A stretch of 64,000 nucleotides of DNA from positions 37,076,001 through 37,140,000 of the forward strand of contig NC_043005.1 in the NCBI RefSeq assembly GCF_006345805.1, in the 5' to 3' direction. The position numbers and the translations under genes are program-made. Under the pieces are notes generated by a model. That model was given only the letters and a program-made list of their open reading frames with translations, made no database searches and was not told the DNA's origin. Below are positions 13,556 to 27,520 of the stretch, piece by piece (the stretch's first letter is position 1; each line of letters begins with the position of its first letter). Origin of the DNA: Octopus sinensis. Taxonomy: Eukaryota.

Positions 13556-14569
13556 CATATACACATGTAGTTATGTTCTTATATATGTATATATGTGTTA
13601 TATATATATATAATATATATATATATATTCTTATATATATGTGTGTGTGTATGTATATATACATACACATGTGTATATATACACATGTATATATATGTAT
13701 GCATAAATGCTGTATGTATGTGTGCATATGGCTTCATGTCTCTCTTTCTGTAGAGACCTGTCTTTTTCTTTACATGTTTTCTCTCAAACCTTTAGAAATT
13801 TCTTTAGAAGTTAAAATTAATTAAATTGCAGATATTTGTTAGAAATTTCATTTTCTTATCCATTTATTCACCAATTCATTTATTCCCACTTTCAGTTATT
13901 ATCATCATCATTATTATTGTTATTATTATTATTATCATTACTACTATTATTGTTATCATTATTAATGTTATTATTACTTTTATTAATCCCATTACAACTA
14001 ACACAGCAAAAATCGTAACATATTATTATTATTAACAATTTTTTTCACCTGCATGTGAATTTATTATTTTGCCACCACCAACACCTCCAACACCTTCATC
14101 GTCATCATTATAATCATCATCATCAACATCTTAATCGTCATTATCAACATTATTGTAGATTATTATTGTTGTTGTTGTTATTGTTGTGGGCGTTATTATT
14201 TCATATTTGGTAGTTATTAAATGGATCATTTGAATTCTATTTTAATTTTAAATGAAAGTGAAAGACTAAAATATATTTCAAAAACTTTATATGAATAAAC
14301 TATAACAAAAAAAAAAACCAAATCATGAAAAAAAGTTTAAAAATAAAAAATAAGCCAAAAAGAAGTGTGTTTGGTTGGAAGTAATTTCACATGTGTTCTT
14401 TCTATAAAAGTGGTTTCCATTAAGAGAATCCATTTTGTAATATGTTCCTTACAAAGCACAAGAAACACCATAATATATACATATACATATATATATATAG
14501 ATATATCTGTGTGTAAGTATGTGTGTATACAATATAGATTATATTTCTCTCTTTCTGGTTCTCCCTCCC

Positions 14570-14620
<51 letters not shown>

Positions 14621-14638
14621 ATATATATATATTATATA

Positions 14639-14673
<35 letters not shown>

Positions 14674-15918
14674 GTGTATATATATATATATATGTACACA
14701 TATATATACACATATATATATATGTATATATATGCACATATATATATATATACTTATAAATGTATATCTATGAGTATATATATATGTGTATATATATATA
14801 TACATATATATATATTTATATAAATATATGTATATTTATGCATATATGTACATACATGTATTTACATATATGTCCTCATATGTATATGTATATACGTACA
14901 GATATGTATATATATGTATGTATACATGCATGTATAAGTATATATACATATATTCATATCTATATAACTATACATGTATTCACATATATATATATATATA
15001 TATTTCTGTGTTTGTGTGTGTATGTGAATATATATATAAGTACACATATATGTGTGTGTATACATATATATATATATATATATATATGTAAATCTACATA
15101 CATATGTATGTATATTTATATATATGTATGAATATATATATATATATATACATGTAGGTGAATTTATCTATGTATTTATATGTATCCTCATATTACATAA
15201 ACACACACATGACACACATTTATTCATATATATATGAGTGCATATATATTGATATATTTATATGTTTATGTATGGGCTGATACATAGTTAATTATGTTAA
15301 TGTGATGATGATGATGGTGATACTTACACACACATATGGGCCTGCACAATTGATACATATATATGTATGTTTATATATGGGGTGTATGCGTGTGTAACAA
15401 CATTGATTTATTGATATATATATTTCAAGCAAGCAAAATCATTAAACATTGGATAGAATGTCACGCAGTAATCACTATGACTCATCACTCATAATGTTCA
15501 TTTACAGCTGAGGTCAAATTTACCTTTAAGTCTTTTGGGATAGACAAATAAAGTATTCAGCATAATTCAGGAAAATATAGATATAATTATGTATAGTAGA
15601 GTCTTGCTTTCGCTGAAATATAGAATAAATGCATTTTTTGTCAGCTTCTAATATTCATAAATATTTATAGGAAATCCTCTGGAAGAAAATATTTTGAGTA
15701 TTTGGCTCCTTCTCACAGAAGATGTACCACAATTATTTCCACATTCAAAATTTTAGAACATTCATTTCTTATATAAAGTAGCCTTCAGTTTTAGCAGCAC
15801 CATATTGGCTAGCCTAATTTGCATATTTGTGCTTGGATAACTCGACATTAATTAAGCTAAATGTTTTTTATGCTCAAAATAGCATGAACTGGAAAAATTT
15901 AGATATAGCTAATATGGG

Positions 15919-15977
<59 letters not shown>

Positions 15978-16090
15978 GCGTGCCTGTGTATGTATTTATA
16001 TGTGCGTGAGTGTGTGCATATATAATAAATACTTGTATCAGTATATATACACATGCATGTACATTTATAATATATATATATTATATATAT

Positions 16091-16126
<36 letters not shown>

Positions 16127-16254
16127 GGTGAGAAATATATATATATATATATATACTATATATAGTTGTAGTAGATATAAATTGAAAGCGCCTGTCCTAC
16201 ACACACACACACATGCTCACACACATACATACATACATACACACATGCTCATTG

Positions 16255-17140
16255 ATTTTTCTGTATTGCTTTTGATTAAGTAGTGAGTTGGACATAGCTG
16301 CTCTTCTTTGTGCTCCTGCTATGATGTGAGTTCATTTAGTATCTCAAATAAAAATTTGTCCAGCCATTCTTTGAAGACCTCCACATCTCTTCATCACAAA
16401 TTTCTGAGGCTGTTTGGTAAAATGTAGAACAGATGTGGACCCTTGAAACCCAACTGTTACAGTATTAGGTCCTTATTCTAGATGGAAGAAAAAAGGGATC
16501 TTTGGTGTTATGCAGTGGCATCCAGTTCAGTGGTTTATATACCTTTCAATTCCAAAGTTGGGAGCTAGACCTTCCAGGATCTTCCATATGAGTGAATATC
16601 CCTGCAAATCTTTCACCCCTTCTCTCTAAAGAGTAGAACTTAAGTTATACTCCTCTCTCAGTAGCTCTTCTGTTACACTGAGTCAACCTTTGTGATGTGG
16701 TACTGACTTTCCTCAAGTTCCACTACCAGACTGACACTCTGCAGTGACCACAGATCAGAGCAGTAATGCAGATGACTTAGAATGGAAGTTCTTCATAGGA
16801 ATAGCGTGATATCCTTCTTCCTGGTTCTGAACAATTTTAGAATCCATCTCAAGCACCTGGATATGTTTCCAATATTGAACTGGAGAATACCACCCTTTCT
16901 AGATTGAGCATACTGGCTCTCAAACTTAGACCTTTCTCCATCAAATTAACTCCTCTAACTATTGCTAAATCCCACTGTAATAGACCAAAGGGATGTAAAT
17001 CTTATCTCCTTTCAGTCTATGCTCCTATTCTGTTATCTCCTTTTGTCCCATGCTCCTTTTCTCCCATTCATTTTCATCCTTTCTCACTTTTTCTAAGGGA
17101 GCAGCCATGTTGTAATTTGAGTCTGAAAGCTTTCCCTTGT
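16255..17140 (-). pseudogene. CR1-clade LINE 3' relic
   Basis: Minus translation includes WILKLFRTR, ILSHLHYCSDLWS, GFKGPHLFYILPNSLR and VEVFKEWLDKFL, all CR1 C-terminal motifs; many stops. Confidence 0.7.
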
Positions 17141-17450
17141 GTTGCTAGTGGTGCTGGTGGTGTTGGTGGTGCTAGTGTTGCTGGTGGTGCTAGTGGTGGT
17201 GGTGGTGTTGGTGGTGGTGTTGGTGGTGCTAGTGTTGCTGGTGGTGCTAGTAGTGCTTGTGGTGTTTGTGGTGTTCGTGGTGCAAATGTTGCTGGTGCTG
17301 CTAATTGTGTTGGTGCTTCTAATGGTGCTGGTGGTGCAAATGGTGCTAGTGGTGGTGGTGGTGGTGGTGGTGGTGGTGCTATTGGTGCTAAGGTGCTCCT
17401 GTTGCTTGTAGTGTTGGTGGTACTGGTGGTGTTGGTGGTGCTAGTACACA
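17141..17450. repeat. Degenerate (GGT/GCT)n trinucleotide repeat
   Basis: Directly visible; gives Gly/Ala-rich, Val-rich and Pro-rich readings. Confidence 0.85.
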
Positions 17451-19454
17451 ACATGCTATACAAGCTTGCCTGGCTACAGTATTGTCATAAGCATTAAACT
17501 TACAGTAGTTCAATCTTAAATCCTCTGTAGGTTTCATATATGTATATGTATGTACTATATAGGCTTATTTCTGTTTTTGTCTACCAAATTCACTCACAAA
17601 TCTTTTACCAGTCAGGGCTGTAGTAGAAGATACCCAACCAAGGTGCCATAGAGTGGAACTGAGACCAAAACATTGTGTTTGGGAAGCAAACTTCTTACCT
17701 CACAACCATACCTGCATCGTCTGTGTATAGCAAATAAACATGAAAATATTTTCTTTCTTTCTTAGTTCCCCCTGGGACTAAATATTTGCATAGATGAGTC
17801 ATGGCTTCTGTTTTCAGCTAGATATAGAAATGATCTACAATTCCTTAGGTTATAGATGCTAAGATTTAGGCTGATTGTTTCTTTGCCATAATTCCCATGG
17901 AAATTGTATACTATATCATATTAGTTGTTGCAACAGAAACTCTTTGTCCTCCCTGTTTGGGAATAGCTTCCCATTTTCCTACATCTACAGTTCTCCCATA
18001 TATTGCTTGTATTGAATAACAGGCTTTTGAAATATAATAAATAATAATTTGGGGAAAAGAAAGCTGGAGGTATTTTCTCTTGAATTTTTATTAATACAGC
18101 TGTTGCTCAAGGTGAAGGAGAGAGAGAGCAGATGGGGGAGAGTGGAGAAGAGACAGAGAGAGAAAAAAAATGGGAGAGAAATGAGACAAAAGGCAGGAAA
18201 GAGAGAGCATATCCCAAATGGTTCCTTTTTCCATTCTCAGTAAAAATTTTCCTTGGAATGAATAAATGCAAAAAGGAAATGGATTTGGCACAGTTGTAGT
18301 ATTTTGTGGAAGTCCTTTCTTGGAGTAGTAATACTGCAATCTCAACAAGCCAAACCTATGGCCTAGCATTTACTCTGAATTGCCACTACTTCACTTAGTT
18401 ATATATATATATATGACAAAGACAATTATTTCATATCTATTTTATCCTCTCCTCTATGACTTATTGAACAGATACTGCCATTATGAAAAGTGATATCAGA
18501 AATGCAAGCATTTGTTATTTTATTCTTTTTAGCATATTTGCATGAAATAACTTATTTCTTTCTAAATAAAAATAAAGAAAATACCTTTTACTATATTTGT
18601 ACTTCTATAATTGTTGCTGTTGCTACAATTATTATAATACAGTAACATGTCTAAAGACTTGAAGATGTGCTCTTAACAGACCATGCTCTAAATCCAGTTT
18701 CATTGACTAGTTGGAAAGGTTTCCGTTTGTTATTAACAGCCTCAATAAAGTCATTCCATTACATCTCTCATTCCATTACATTACATCTCTCCTGAGAAAT
18801 AAAGGAAATATATCACAAGGATGTTAATGATGATTCTGGTGGTATTGAGACAGTTTAGAAGCTTCACCAATCTTATTCAAAGTCTTAGTATTACAAGTTC
18901 AAATCATCCTAGCCTTTACTTAGTATTTCTTCCCGCTGGCTTCAATAAAATACTAGTAATGTTTTGTTGGTTCAACTAACCTAGTCGTTTTCAGAAAATT
19001 ATTGTTTAACCCTGGGTCTGCTTTTATCAAGTATATCTGTAATCAAAATTACTCCAATAATGATCATTTTACTTTGATGTCTAACAGTGATAACCTTGTT
19101 CAATGTTCCTGACCCACTTTTTTTTAAAGACAGCAAGATGCAATTTGAAAGAAATTTGGCTGCTGTTGTTAGCAGTTTACATGATCATGTAGAGTCTCCA
19201 TATTTGCAGTAGATACTAATTTTTTATTATAATTCTGAGCACAATGTTATTGAAAGCTGGCTTTCCTTCCTGAACGGAATGTCTACACTTGGCAAAACTG
19301 GGAATGCTACAAAACTTCATTTCCTTTATATGTGACTTCCTCTCTAAATTATAAAATCAATTTTATTCACAATCATCATTGATTTACTCATTATAATCAT
19401 CATTAATTTAGTCACCATAACCATCATTAATTTATTAGTTTCAAATTTGGGGCA

Positions 19455-19630
19455 AGAGAAAAGGTCAATTACATTGACCCCAATATTCACCTGATACTTA
19501 TTTTATCGACTCTGAAAGGATGAAAGTCAGTGTCAACCCCAGAAAATCTGAACTCAGAATGTGAAGATGGACGAAATGCCACTAAGCATTTTGCCTGGTG
19601 TACTAATGATTCTGCCAGCTCACTACCTTA
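19455..19630 (-). mobile_element. tRNA-derived SINE family 3
   Basis: Minus strand GAGCTGGCAGAATCATTAG...TTCTGAGTTCAG...CTTTCATCCTTTC. Related copies at about 34505-34682 (-), 36470-36640 (+), 52470-52590 (-) and 63040-63190 (+). Confidence 0.7.
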
Positions 19631-19797
19631 TAACCATCATTATTGCTACATTAGTTCCCGATTGGTAAATTCTCAATATTTTAAGGTGTACAGAGTTACT
19701 TTCACTCTTCTTATTTCATTCTTTGGTACAGGTATGGCTGTATGGTTAAGAGGAGACAAGCATGGTTGCAGGATTAACCCCCCTGATAGACATATAT

Positions 19798-21243
19798 ACA
19801 CCCAGAACCACACTAATAGCTTAGGAGTGAAATTTAGGATTTCTTGGGTTTTCTGTGAATCGATTTTGATAAGACTTTCCCCAGCTACTTTACATATTAT
19901 GGCAACACCATTTTATGTTTTCATCATTTCAGATTTTTCAGTGTTTGGATGAACCATGCTAATAGCTTTTGAATGAAATTAGCCCATCTAGACATTATTT
20001 TTTCAGAAAATGAAGGGTAATGATACACGTTAAGCATACATTGATTATATATTTAACAGAAAACCATAATAATTTTATAACATTTATTGACACCATGAAT
20101 TATTTAGCCATGATGAACGCCATTTCGACAGATAACTTCTAAAACCCTATTAGTCATGAAATCTGTCAATTTCTTAATAGTAAGGGTGGACTGCCTCTGC
20201 TGCAGCTTTGATGGTCGCCCATAAAAAACAGCTTTTGATGTAAATTGGTGTCCATCAGCATAAGCATCTTGTTTAATGATGGATCAAAGATTTTCAAAAG
20301 GGTTAAGATCCAGAGATGCTAGCAGCCACACCATCAACCTTTCACCTTGTATGCCATAAAACCCTAGGAATGTTTGCGTAGTCCTAGCAGAGTTGGAGGG
20401 AGCATTGTTAAGCATGAATACGACATTCCTCAGAAGTGACAACAGTATGTCATTTAGCCAGGGATCTGAGACCTCCCTCAAGAGATTGCAGTAGGCATCT
20501 GCGGTCACTTTAACCTCTTCAGACACCCTAGCTGGGCCAACAAGACTGTCTCCAATGATACTAGCCCACAACATGACTCTTCTACCCTGTTGTTGACATC
20601 ATAAACGTTGGTGACGCTCATCTCCAAAATGCACCCAACCATTTGCCCAACTGTCAGGTTTGCCAAGGGTTGCCTTGGTTTCGTCAGTGAACTGAACACA
20701 GCTCATATCAAACAACATGTATTTTTGGGCTCATTGAAGCCTCAAACTCCTGCAAGGAGACATTTTCACATGGAAGCCATGGTCCTGAGGATGTGATTTC
20801 TGGTGTTTTTTCAGTGCATGAGGAAGTCCAAGGATGGTGAAAATGGCTTTGTTTTATTGTCCAGGTTTCCCACATAACTTGCAGCCAATATCCCTTAAAT
20901 CCCTAGCTGTCACAGTCTTGGAGGTCTCACAATCAGATCATATCTTTACAGTTTTCTGTTAAATTTATACTCAATGTGTGCTTAATATGTATTATTACCC
21001 TTTATTTTCTGAAAACAAATGTCTAGATGGGCTATTTTCATTCAAAAGCTATTAGTGTAGTTGACCCAAAAACTGAAGAATCTAAAATAAAAATGAAAGG
21101 ATGTTACACAGAATAATGAAGACATAACAATGGTGTTGCATAGTTTGCAAACCAGCTGGGATAAGTTTTATCAAAATCGATTCACAGAAAACCAAGGAAT
21201 CCTAAATTTGATTCCTAAGCTATTAGTATGGTTCTGGGTGTCC
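19798..21243 (-). mobile_element. Tc1/mariner DD37E (TRT-type) transposon with about 270-bp TIRs
   Basis: Inverted repeats at about 19798-20064 and 20951-21241 enclose a decayed transposase. Confidence 0.85.
20104..20940 (-). pseudogene. DD37E transposase relic, N-terminus missing
   Basis: QKYM...FTDETKATLGKPDSWANGWV, VMLWASIIG...GPARV and FMLNNAPS...W..ASLDLNPFENL. I count 37 residues between the second-D position and E. Confidence 0.85.
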
Positions 21244-21249
21244 ACTACA

Positions 21250-21410
21250 CATTCTTTATTTTCACTCCTTGTTCCTTTCTGTGGAAGAGCATAAGCTCGA
21301 AACGTTAAAGACTTTTTCACTTCCCGAGCATATATACTAATACATCTGTTTATTGTCTACACCACCTGTATTCGTCTTTTGTTTTTTTTAGTGAATTCTT
21401 CCCCAATATA
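21250..21410 (+). mobile_element. Short element with variant hammerhead-like motif, ending in (TA)n
   Basis: CTTT-CTGTGGA-A-GAGC-ATAA-GCTC-GAAA-CGT-T/AAAG at 21275-21310. Confidence 0.5.
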
Positions 21411-24400
21411 TATATATATATTGCATATCTGTATAGGAATTGTTTATGTGCATAATTGTTTGAATACCATTGATGAATGAAATGTTACTTAGCAATCCAA
21501 GTTCAATTCAAAAGTAAACTTGTTCACTGGCTCATTCCTTCCACCTTGTGATTTCCAACCATAGTAAATAGCAAGAGGAGGAATAATTACACCCAGATTA
21601 CACTCCTTCAACATAATACAGAGTGTGACAAAAATACGCACCACCACCTTTTACCATTCTTGATAGAAATTTCAATAGTGAAAACAAGATGTGCACTGAT
21701 GCAAATATAATGGTAACAGAAAAAAAAAACAGATGAAACGTTAGCTGCATGAATATATCACATTAGCACCTGCATAACTTCATTAACATCACACCAATGA
21801 CTGTGTAAAATATGGAAGATTTTTCAGTAGCGTCCTGAGCGTTGAGGCAAAATATTCAATAGGTATGCGTGTGTGAGTGTATCCATGCTGTAACATTGTT
21901 GGCATTAGGAAGGGTATCCAGCCATAAAAACCATGCCAAAGCAGACATTGGAGCTCAATGCAGTCCTTTGACATATTGGCTTCTGTTAAACCATCCAATC
22001 TATGTCAGTTTGGAACATGGATATTAAATGACGATGAGTCTGCGGTACTTACATTTTCCATATATTTATGATTTACTATCATATTTGGTCTGAAAGATAC
22101 AGTGATTATTCGATCAATAATTGTTTCCATTTTTTTTTAATGAATAAATCTAGAATTTTCCATCTTTCATCTTTTATTAGTTTCAGTCATTAGACTGCTG
22201 CCATGCTGGGGCACCTCCTTGAGGAATCTTAGTTGAACTAATCAACCTCAGTACTTATTTTCTTTCTAAGCCTGGTACTTATTCTATTAGTCTCTTTTGC
22301 CTGAATCACTAAGTTATAGGGACATATGTACCCAACACCAATTGTCAAGTGGTGGTCACACACACACACGCACACACACAAAATACTCAGTTTTGATGCT
22401 TATTTTTTAATTTAGATTTTTAGGCTATTTCCTCTTGGTCACATCTACATCACGATATGGAGATTAGAAGCCGACATTATTCTGAATAATTCTAAACCCT
22501 TGTTTTTATACATTTTCTCAAATCCATTTGGTAAAATATTCTATAATTTCAAAAGTTGAGATCATTGAAAATATACAATTTTTTTCATTGTCCCTCACAA
22601 TGATATTGTAGTAGTTTGTTTTAGTTATTCTTTAGAAACACAGATATGTCTCGTTTATATGGTTTCTATTGTTATAAATGTTTCTACCATCTGTTTTTCT
22701 GTACTAAATTTTTCACAGGTGAAACTTTTCTACATACATGCATTTATAAGAGGAAGGTGAAGGGTGTGGAAGTAGATGTGAATGTGAGATGAAATGGATG
22801 GCAAGTGGAGGGTGTGGTAGAAGTGTATGTGTGTATGGGTATGTGTATGAGCTGTTCTTAGGAGAGAAGTGAGAGAAGAACACATGAAAATATGAAGAAA
22901 GAAAAATTACACTACAACACTAAGACAACAAAAGAAGTTCTGTTTTTATTTCTGTGAGAGAAGAAAATAAGGGGAGCACACAGGAGGATAAAAATGAAGG
23001 TGATAGAAGTAGGTGCACATGCCAGAATGTAGAACATGAAGTATTTAAGTGGAAGGTAGGGAAAACGAAAAGTATATATATATGTGTGTTATTTATTTTA
23101 CATCCATTTCTCCAATGCTAGCATTCATTAGATGAATTCATATTATTGAAGCATAATTTTTACAGCAACATGCTCTTTCTATCATCAACACTTGTTTCTC
23201 AATTGAGAGATTTGTTTTTATCCCACGTATCTTTGAAAGTATAGCACTAACAGATGATTTATTGGCAGGGAACGACAATGACCTTCAACGTTTGTAGCTC
23301 AAAAGATTTTTAGGCAAATACAGAACATTAACATTTCAGCAAGCACACACACACACACACACACACCATCATCATTTAACGCCCACTTTTCCATGTTTGC
23401 ATGGGTCAAATAGAATTTGTTGATACAGATTTTGTTGCGTATTAGTGCATATGATGGGCTTCTCTCATTTCTGTTTACCAAATTCACTCACAAAGCCTGG
23501 GGCTATAGTAGAAGACACTTCACAAAGTTATCAGAAGCAAGCTTCTTTCACAATGGACTCTATACATTTTTCCTGTCTCTCTTCCATTTTATTTCCAACT
23601 CCATCCTTAATAAACATAGACTTAATGCTCAACAAACTCCACCTTATAGACTTAATACCTTTCTCATTGAGTCCTGGAGTCAACCTTAGACTCCCATTGC
23701 TAGTTCTCTCCACATTTACAAACAATTTTAGAATCAACATAGTTTTGGGAAACATTTAGCTTCTCTTCTCATCTTGCTTTCAATGTTGTCCCACAAGTCA
23801 GTTTTGTTTGGTTTTCCTGCTAACAGAAAACAAGTGAAAGACTACTGATGCAATGAATTTAAATGAAGACAAATATTTTATTACAGGAGATGTGAGATTA
23901 CAGGATATTACATCAGCTTCAGCTAAATATAGAATACCAGACAACACAACATCACTGCTATGCATCTGTCCATCTGGTAGTTAAACCTTTAGCTTTTCAA
24001 CCGATCATGTCCAGCCAAGATGTTCTACGTGTTTTATGTTCATTCTGGCCAGATCTGCCCTCTTATATCTACCCTGCAATGTTAGTTTAAAACTAAACAA
24101 TCATATTATTGAAATCTTAAAGCTATGAAATAATGCATAATTAATTCAAAACAATGTGAATAAACAAGCAGTAATCTGAAGGCTAAAGAGTTCAGCCCTC
24201 TCCACTGCTACAGCAATGTAACATATGACTCCACTTGTCCTTGAGCCACATTGCAGGTTCACCCTCTTAGAGAGCAATAATTTTTAGTAAGAATTAGTAC
24301 AGGTTAGAACTAACAATTTTGCTCTCTTTGTATAAGACAGTCACTTTGGTACTAATGGCATGATAAAATGGACCTAGTATATTCTGTAAATTGGTTGATG

Positions 24401-24994
24401 GTAAGAAAACCTGCTAAAATTGGACTGTTTGAATGAGATGTGGACTTCAGAAGCTGCATCATTGGTTACCTTTCTGGGAAGGTAGTAACTCTGCACAAGA
24501 GTTGCTAGGAAGCTGCAGGGACTCTTTCAGTCTTCTGCATGTGAGACAACCCTTCTGACATCAGTGAAAGGATAAAATATACCTCGTCTATACTGCGAAA
24601 TATATGCAGCACCAAAGTTTATTGATTTTCTCTCATCAACTGCTTGGAAGATGGCATGTACTGTTGTGAAGAAAATGTCCAATGTATGCCAGCATGGAAA
24701 ATAAGCATAAAATGATGTTGTTGATGATAATGATGATAGCGACAACAATGATAAAGATAATAACAATGATGATAAAAATGACACCAATAAAATGTTAATT
24801 ACTTGTAGGGACACGGTATTTCGTTATGCAACCATAGTATACTGCAAAGTATATTAAACGTTTTACAAGTCAATACTGTGTCTTACTGCATTAGCAGTGC
24901 TATTAAATTGCATTTTAAGGTTATATCACAATACAGTATATCAAATGCTTTATAAGTCATTACTGTGTCCTACAGTTACTACAAATAAAATGAT

Positions 24995-25280
24995 CCAGTT
25001 CTATATTTAAGAGATGAGGAATTATGTACATTATTTACATTCGACGAATATTTCTCCTCATCCTGTTTGTTGTTAACACAATGTTTCAGCTGATATACCT
25101 TCTAGCCTTCTTCAGGTTTCTTGGGGGAATTTCGAACCTGGGTTCTCATTCCTAAGGTATTCTTCGATGTTGTTATTATATTATTATTATTATTATTATT
25201 ATTGTTCTGGTCACTGCTTGGAATCGAACTCGGAATCTTGGGGTTAGTAGCCTGCACTCTTAACCGCTACGCCATATGCC
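24995..25280 (-). mobile_element. tRNA-headed SINE-like element with (AAT)n linker and hammerhead-like motif
   Basis: A box TGGCGTAGCGG (25274-25264), B box GAGTTCGATTCC (25231-25220), then (AAT)n, then CTGAAGA-A-GGCTAG...TCAGCT-GAAA-CATT/GTGTT (25120-25075). Confidence 0.65.
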
Positions 25281-25299
25281 ATGACAATGATAACAGTGA

Positions 25300-25368
25300 T
25301 GATGATGATGCAATGATGATACAGTGATGAGGAACAATAACAATGATGATGATGATGATGACGATGAC

Positions 25369-25401
<33 letters not shown>

Positions 25402-25490
25402 ATCAATGACAACGATGATGATTATAATGCAATGTAAATGATAAAATGATGATAACAATGACAAGAACAATGACAATGTCGATGACAATG
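25300..25490. repeat. (GAT/GAC/AAT)n compound microsatellite
   Basis: Directly visible. Confidence 0.9.
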
Positions 25491-26540
25491 GCTACCATCT
25501 TGAACAGATTTCTATATTCATTAATCATTGAAATTAGACATATTGAACTTATATACCTAATTGATCCTTTTTTTCTTCATCATTCAGCACTACTCCTTGC
25601 CAACATCCCCCACCCATATTCCCCAAATGCTGCTGCTCATTGCTTGTTTCATTGCTTTCTAAACAGTTCTTCATTGTCCAGATTCAGGAAACCTTTCAGT
25701 TTTTCTCTCTTTTAATCATGGGTTTTGGTGTCATCAACAGATTTTTCATGGTTGGTCTATCAATTAATTGATTTCATGCACCATCTCCCAAGTATCCTGT
25801 TGCATTAATTTCTCATTTCCTTCTTTTACAATCATTTGTTTTCTCATCTTCCATTCCTCTATTGTTAGAATGAGAATACAATGTAAATAGAAAATATTAT
25901 TTATTTACATTTTTTTTTTCCGTAATTTTTACATCATAAGTATTGATTAAGTAATATTTCTGGTTCGTTTTTGTAATTTAAAAATTTTTTTTGTTTTATT
26001 GTAAAAATGTTTTTGTAAGAGCTGACTGTGGAGATTTTAATAATTTTCTTACTTTGATAATAATTTTATAATTTTCTTCCTCCTTCTCGTCTTTACTTTA
26101 TATATATATATATATATATTATACACACACATACATATGTGTATATATATATATGTGTGTGTTGTATATATATATATATATACACACACACACTCACACA
26201 TACACAATTAGGTCTATACATATATATAAGCATACAGGCACATATAAGCATACAGGCACACACGCATATATACACACACAGAGTCTGGCACAGTCGGAGA
26301 TTTTCAATAATAAATTCTAAATTCTACCATTAATTTTTTTTGTCTATTTTTTTTATAGTCTTGTTAATTCACTTATCTTTGTCAAACTATCTTATTATTG
26401 GCATAGCAATATATTAATGCACTTTGTTTTGTTTGTTTGTTTGTTTGTTTGTTTGGTTTTATAGATTATTAATTATGTTTTGAGTACTAATATAATTTCT
26501 ATGTTTTTCACTTTTCATCTTTATTGCAAATATGTGACTG

Positions 26541-26599
<59 letters not shown>

Positions 26600-27124
26600 T
26601 TTATGCTTTCTTTTTCTCTAAATCTTGAAGTTCCTTTTTCACAATCCAACTACATAAGAATGTTTTTGTAATTAGTCATCTTTATGGCTGTGTAGTTAAA
26701 ATGCTTGCTTTGCATCCATATGGTTTCAGGTTCAGTCCCATAGTGTGACACTGGGCAAGTGTTTTCTGCATTAGTCCAAGACTGACCAATGCCCTGTAAG
26801 GAAATGTAGTAGATGGAAACTATTTGGAAGTTCATTGTGTATACATCATATCATCAACATTATTTAATGTCCATTTATCATGTTGGCAAAGGCTGGACGG
26901 TCTGACAGGAGCTGGCATGGCCAGGAGTCAAACCAGACTCCATTGTCAATTCTGACATGGTTTCTATGGATGAATGCCCTTCCCAAATGCCAACCACTTT
27001 ACAGAGTGTACTGAGTGCTTTTTCTGTGGCACCAGCACTAGTATCAATTCTGCTGTGGTGGGTGGGTTTTCTTGAGTTACAGCAATGTACCAGATATCTC
27101 AGTTCTCAGTCATTTCCTTCATAA

Positions 27125-27164
<40 letters not shown>

Positions 27165-27166
<2 letters not shown>

Positions 27167-27520
27167 CACATCATCATCATCATCATCATCATCGTTGTCT
27201 GTTTTCCATGCTAGCATGGGTTGGACGGTTCAACCGAGGTCTGGGAAGCTAGGAGGCTGCACCAGGCTCCAGTCTGATCTGGCAGTGTTTCTACCACTGG
27301 ATGCCCTTCCTAACACCAACCCCTCCGTGATTGTAGTGAGTGATTTTTATGTGCCACCGGCACAGGTGCCAGGGGAGGCTGGCAACGGCCATGATCGGAT
27401 GGTGCTTTTTACGTACCACCGGCACGGAAGCCAGTCAAGGTGGTGCTGGCATCGACCATGTTTGGATGGTGCTTTTTATGTGCCACTGGCACGGGTATCA
27501 CAACTACAATTGCCATTTGA
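27165..27520 (-). mobile_element. RTE 3' UTR-only copy with hairpin array
   Basis: Same sequence as 10045-10410 and 39475-39900. Shorter relatives at about 6990, 26850, 30265, 30890, 36740 (-) and 21880, 63725 (+). Confidence 0.8.

Noticed and set aside
11979-15237. Long ORFs rich in Y/I/M/C/H/T (for example 198 aa and 179 aa)
   Set aside because: They are translations of (TA)n, (TG)n and (GA)n microsatellites, as are similar ORFs across the window.
19700-19745. Pyrimidine tract with CAG/GTATGG, a second recursive-site candidate
   Set aside because: It is formed by the start of a SINE family 2 head.
25209-25280. tRNA gene (also the heads at 1998, 4401 and 33115)
   Set aside because: A and B boxes are present but there is no proper acceptor stem or cloverleaf, and each continues into a repeat body, so these are SINE heads.
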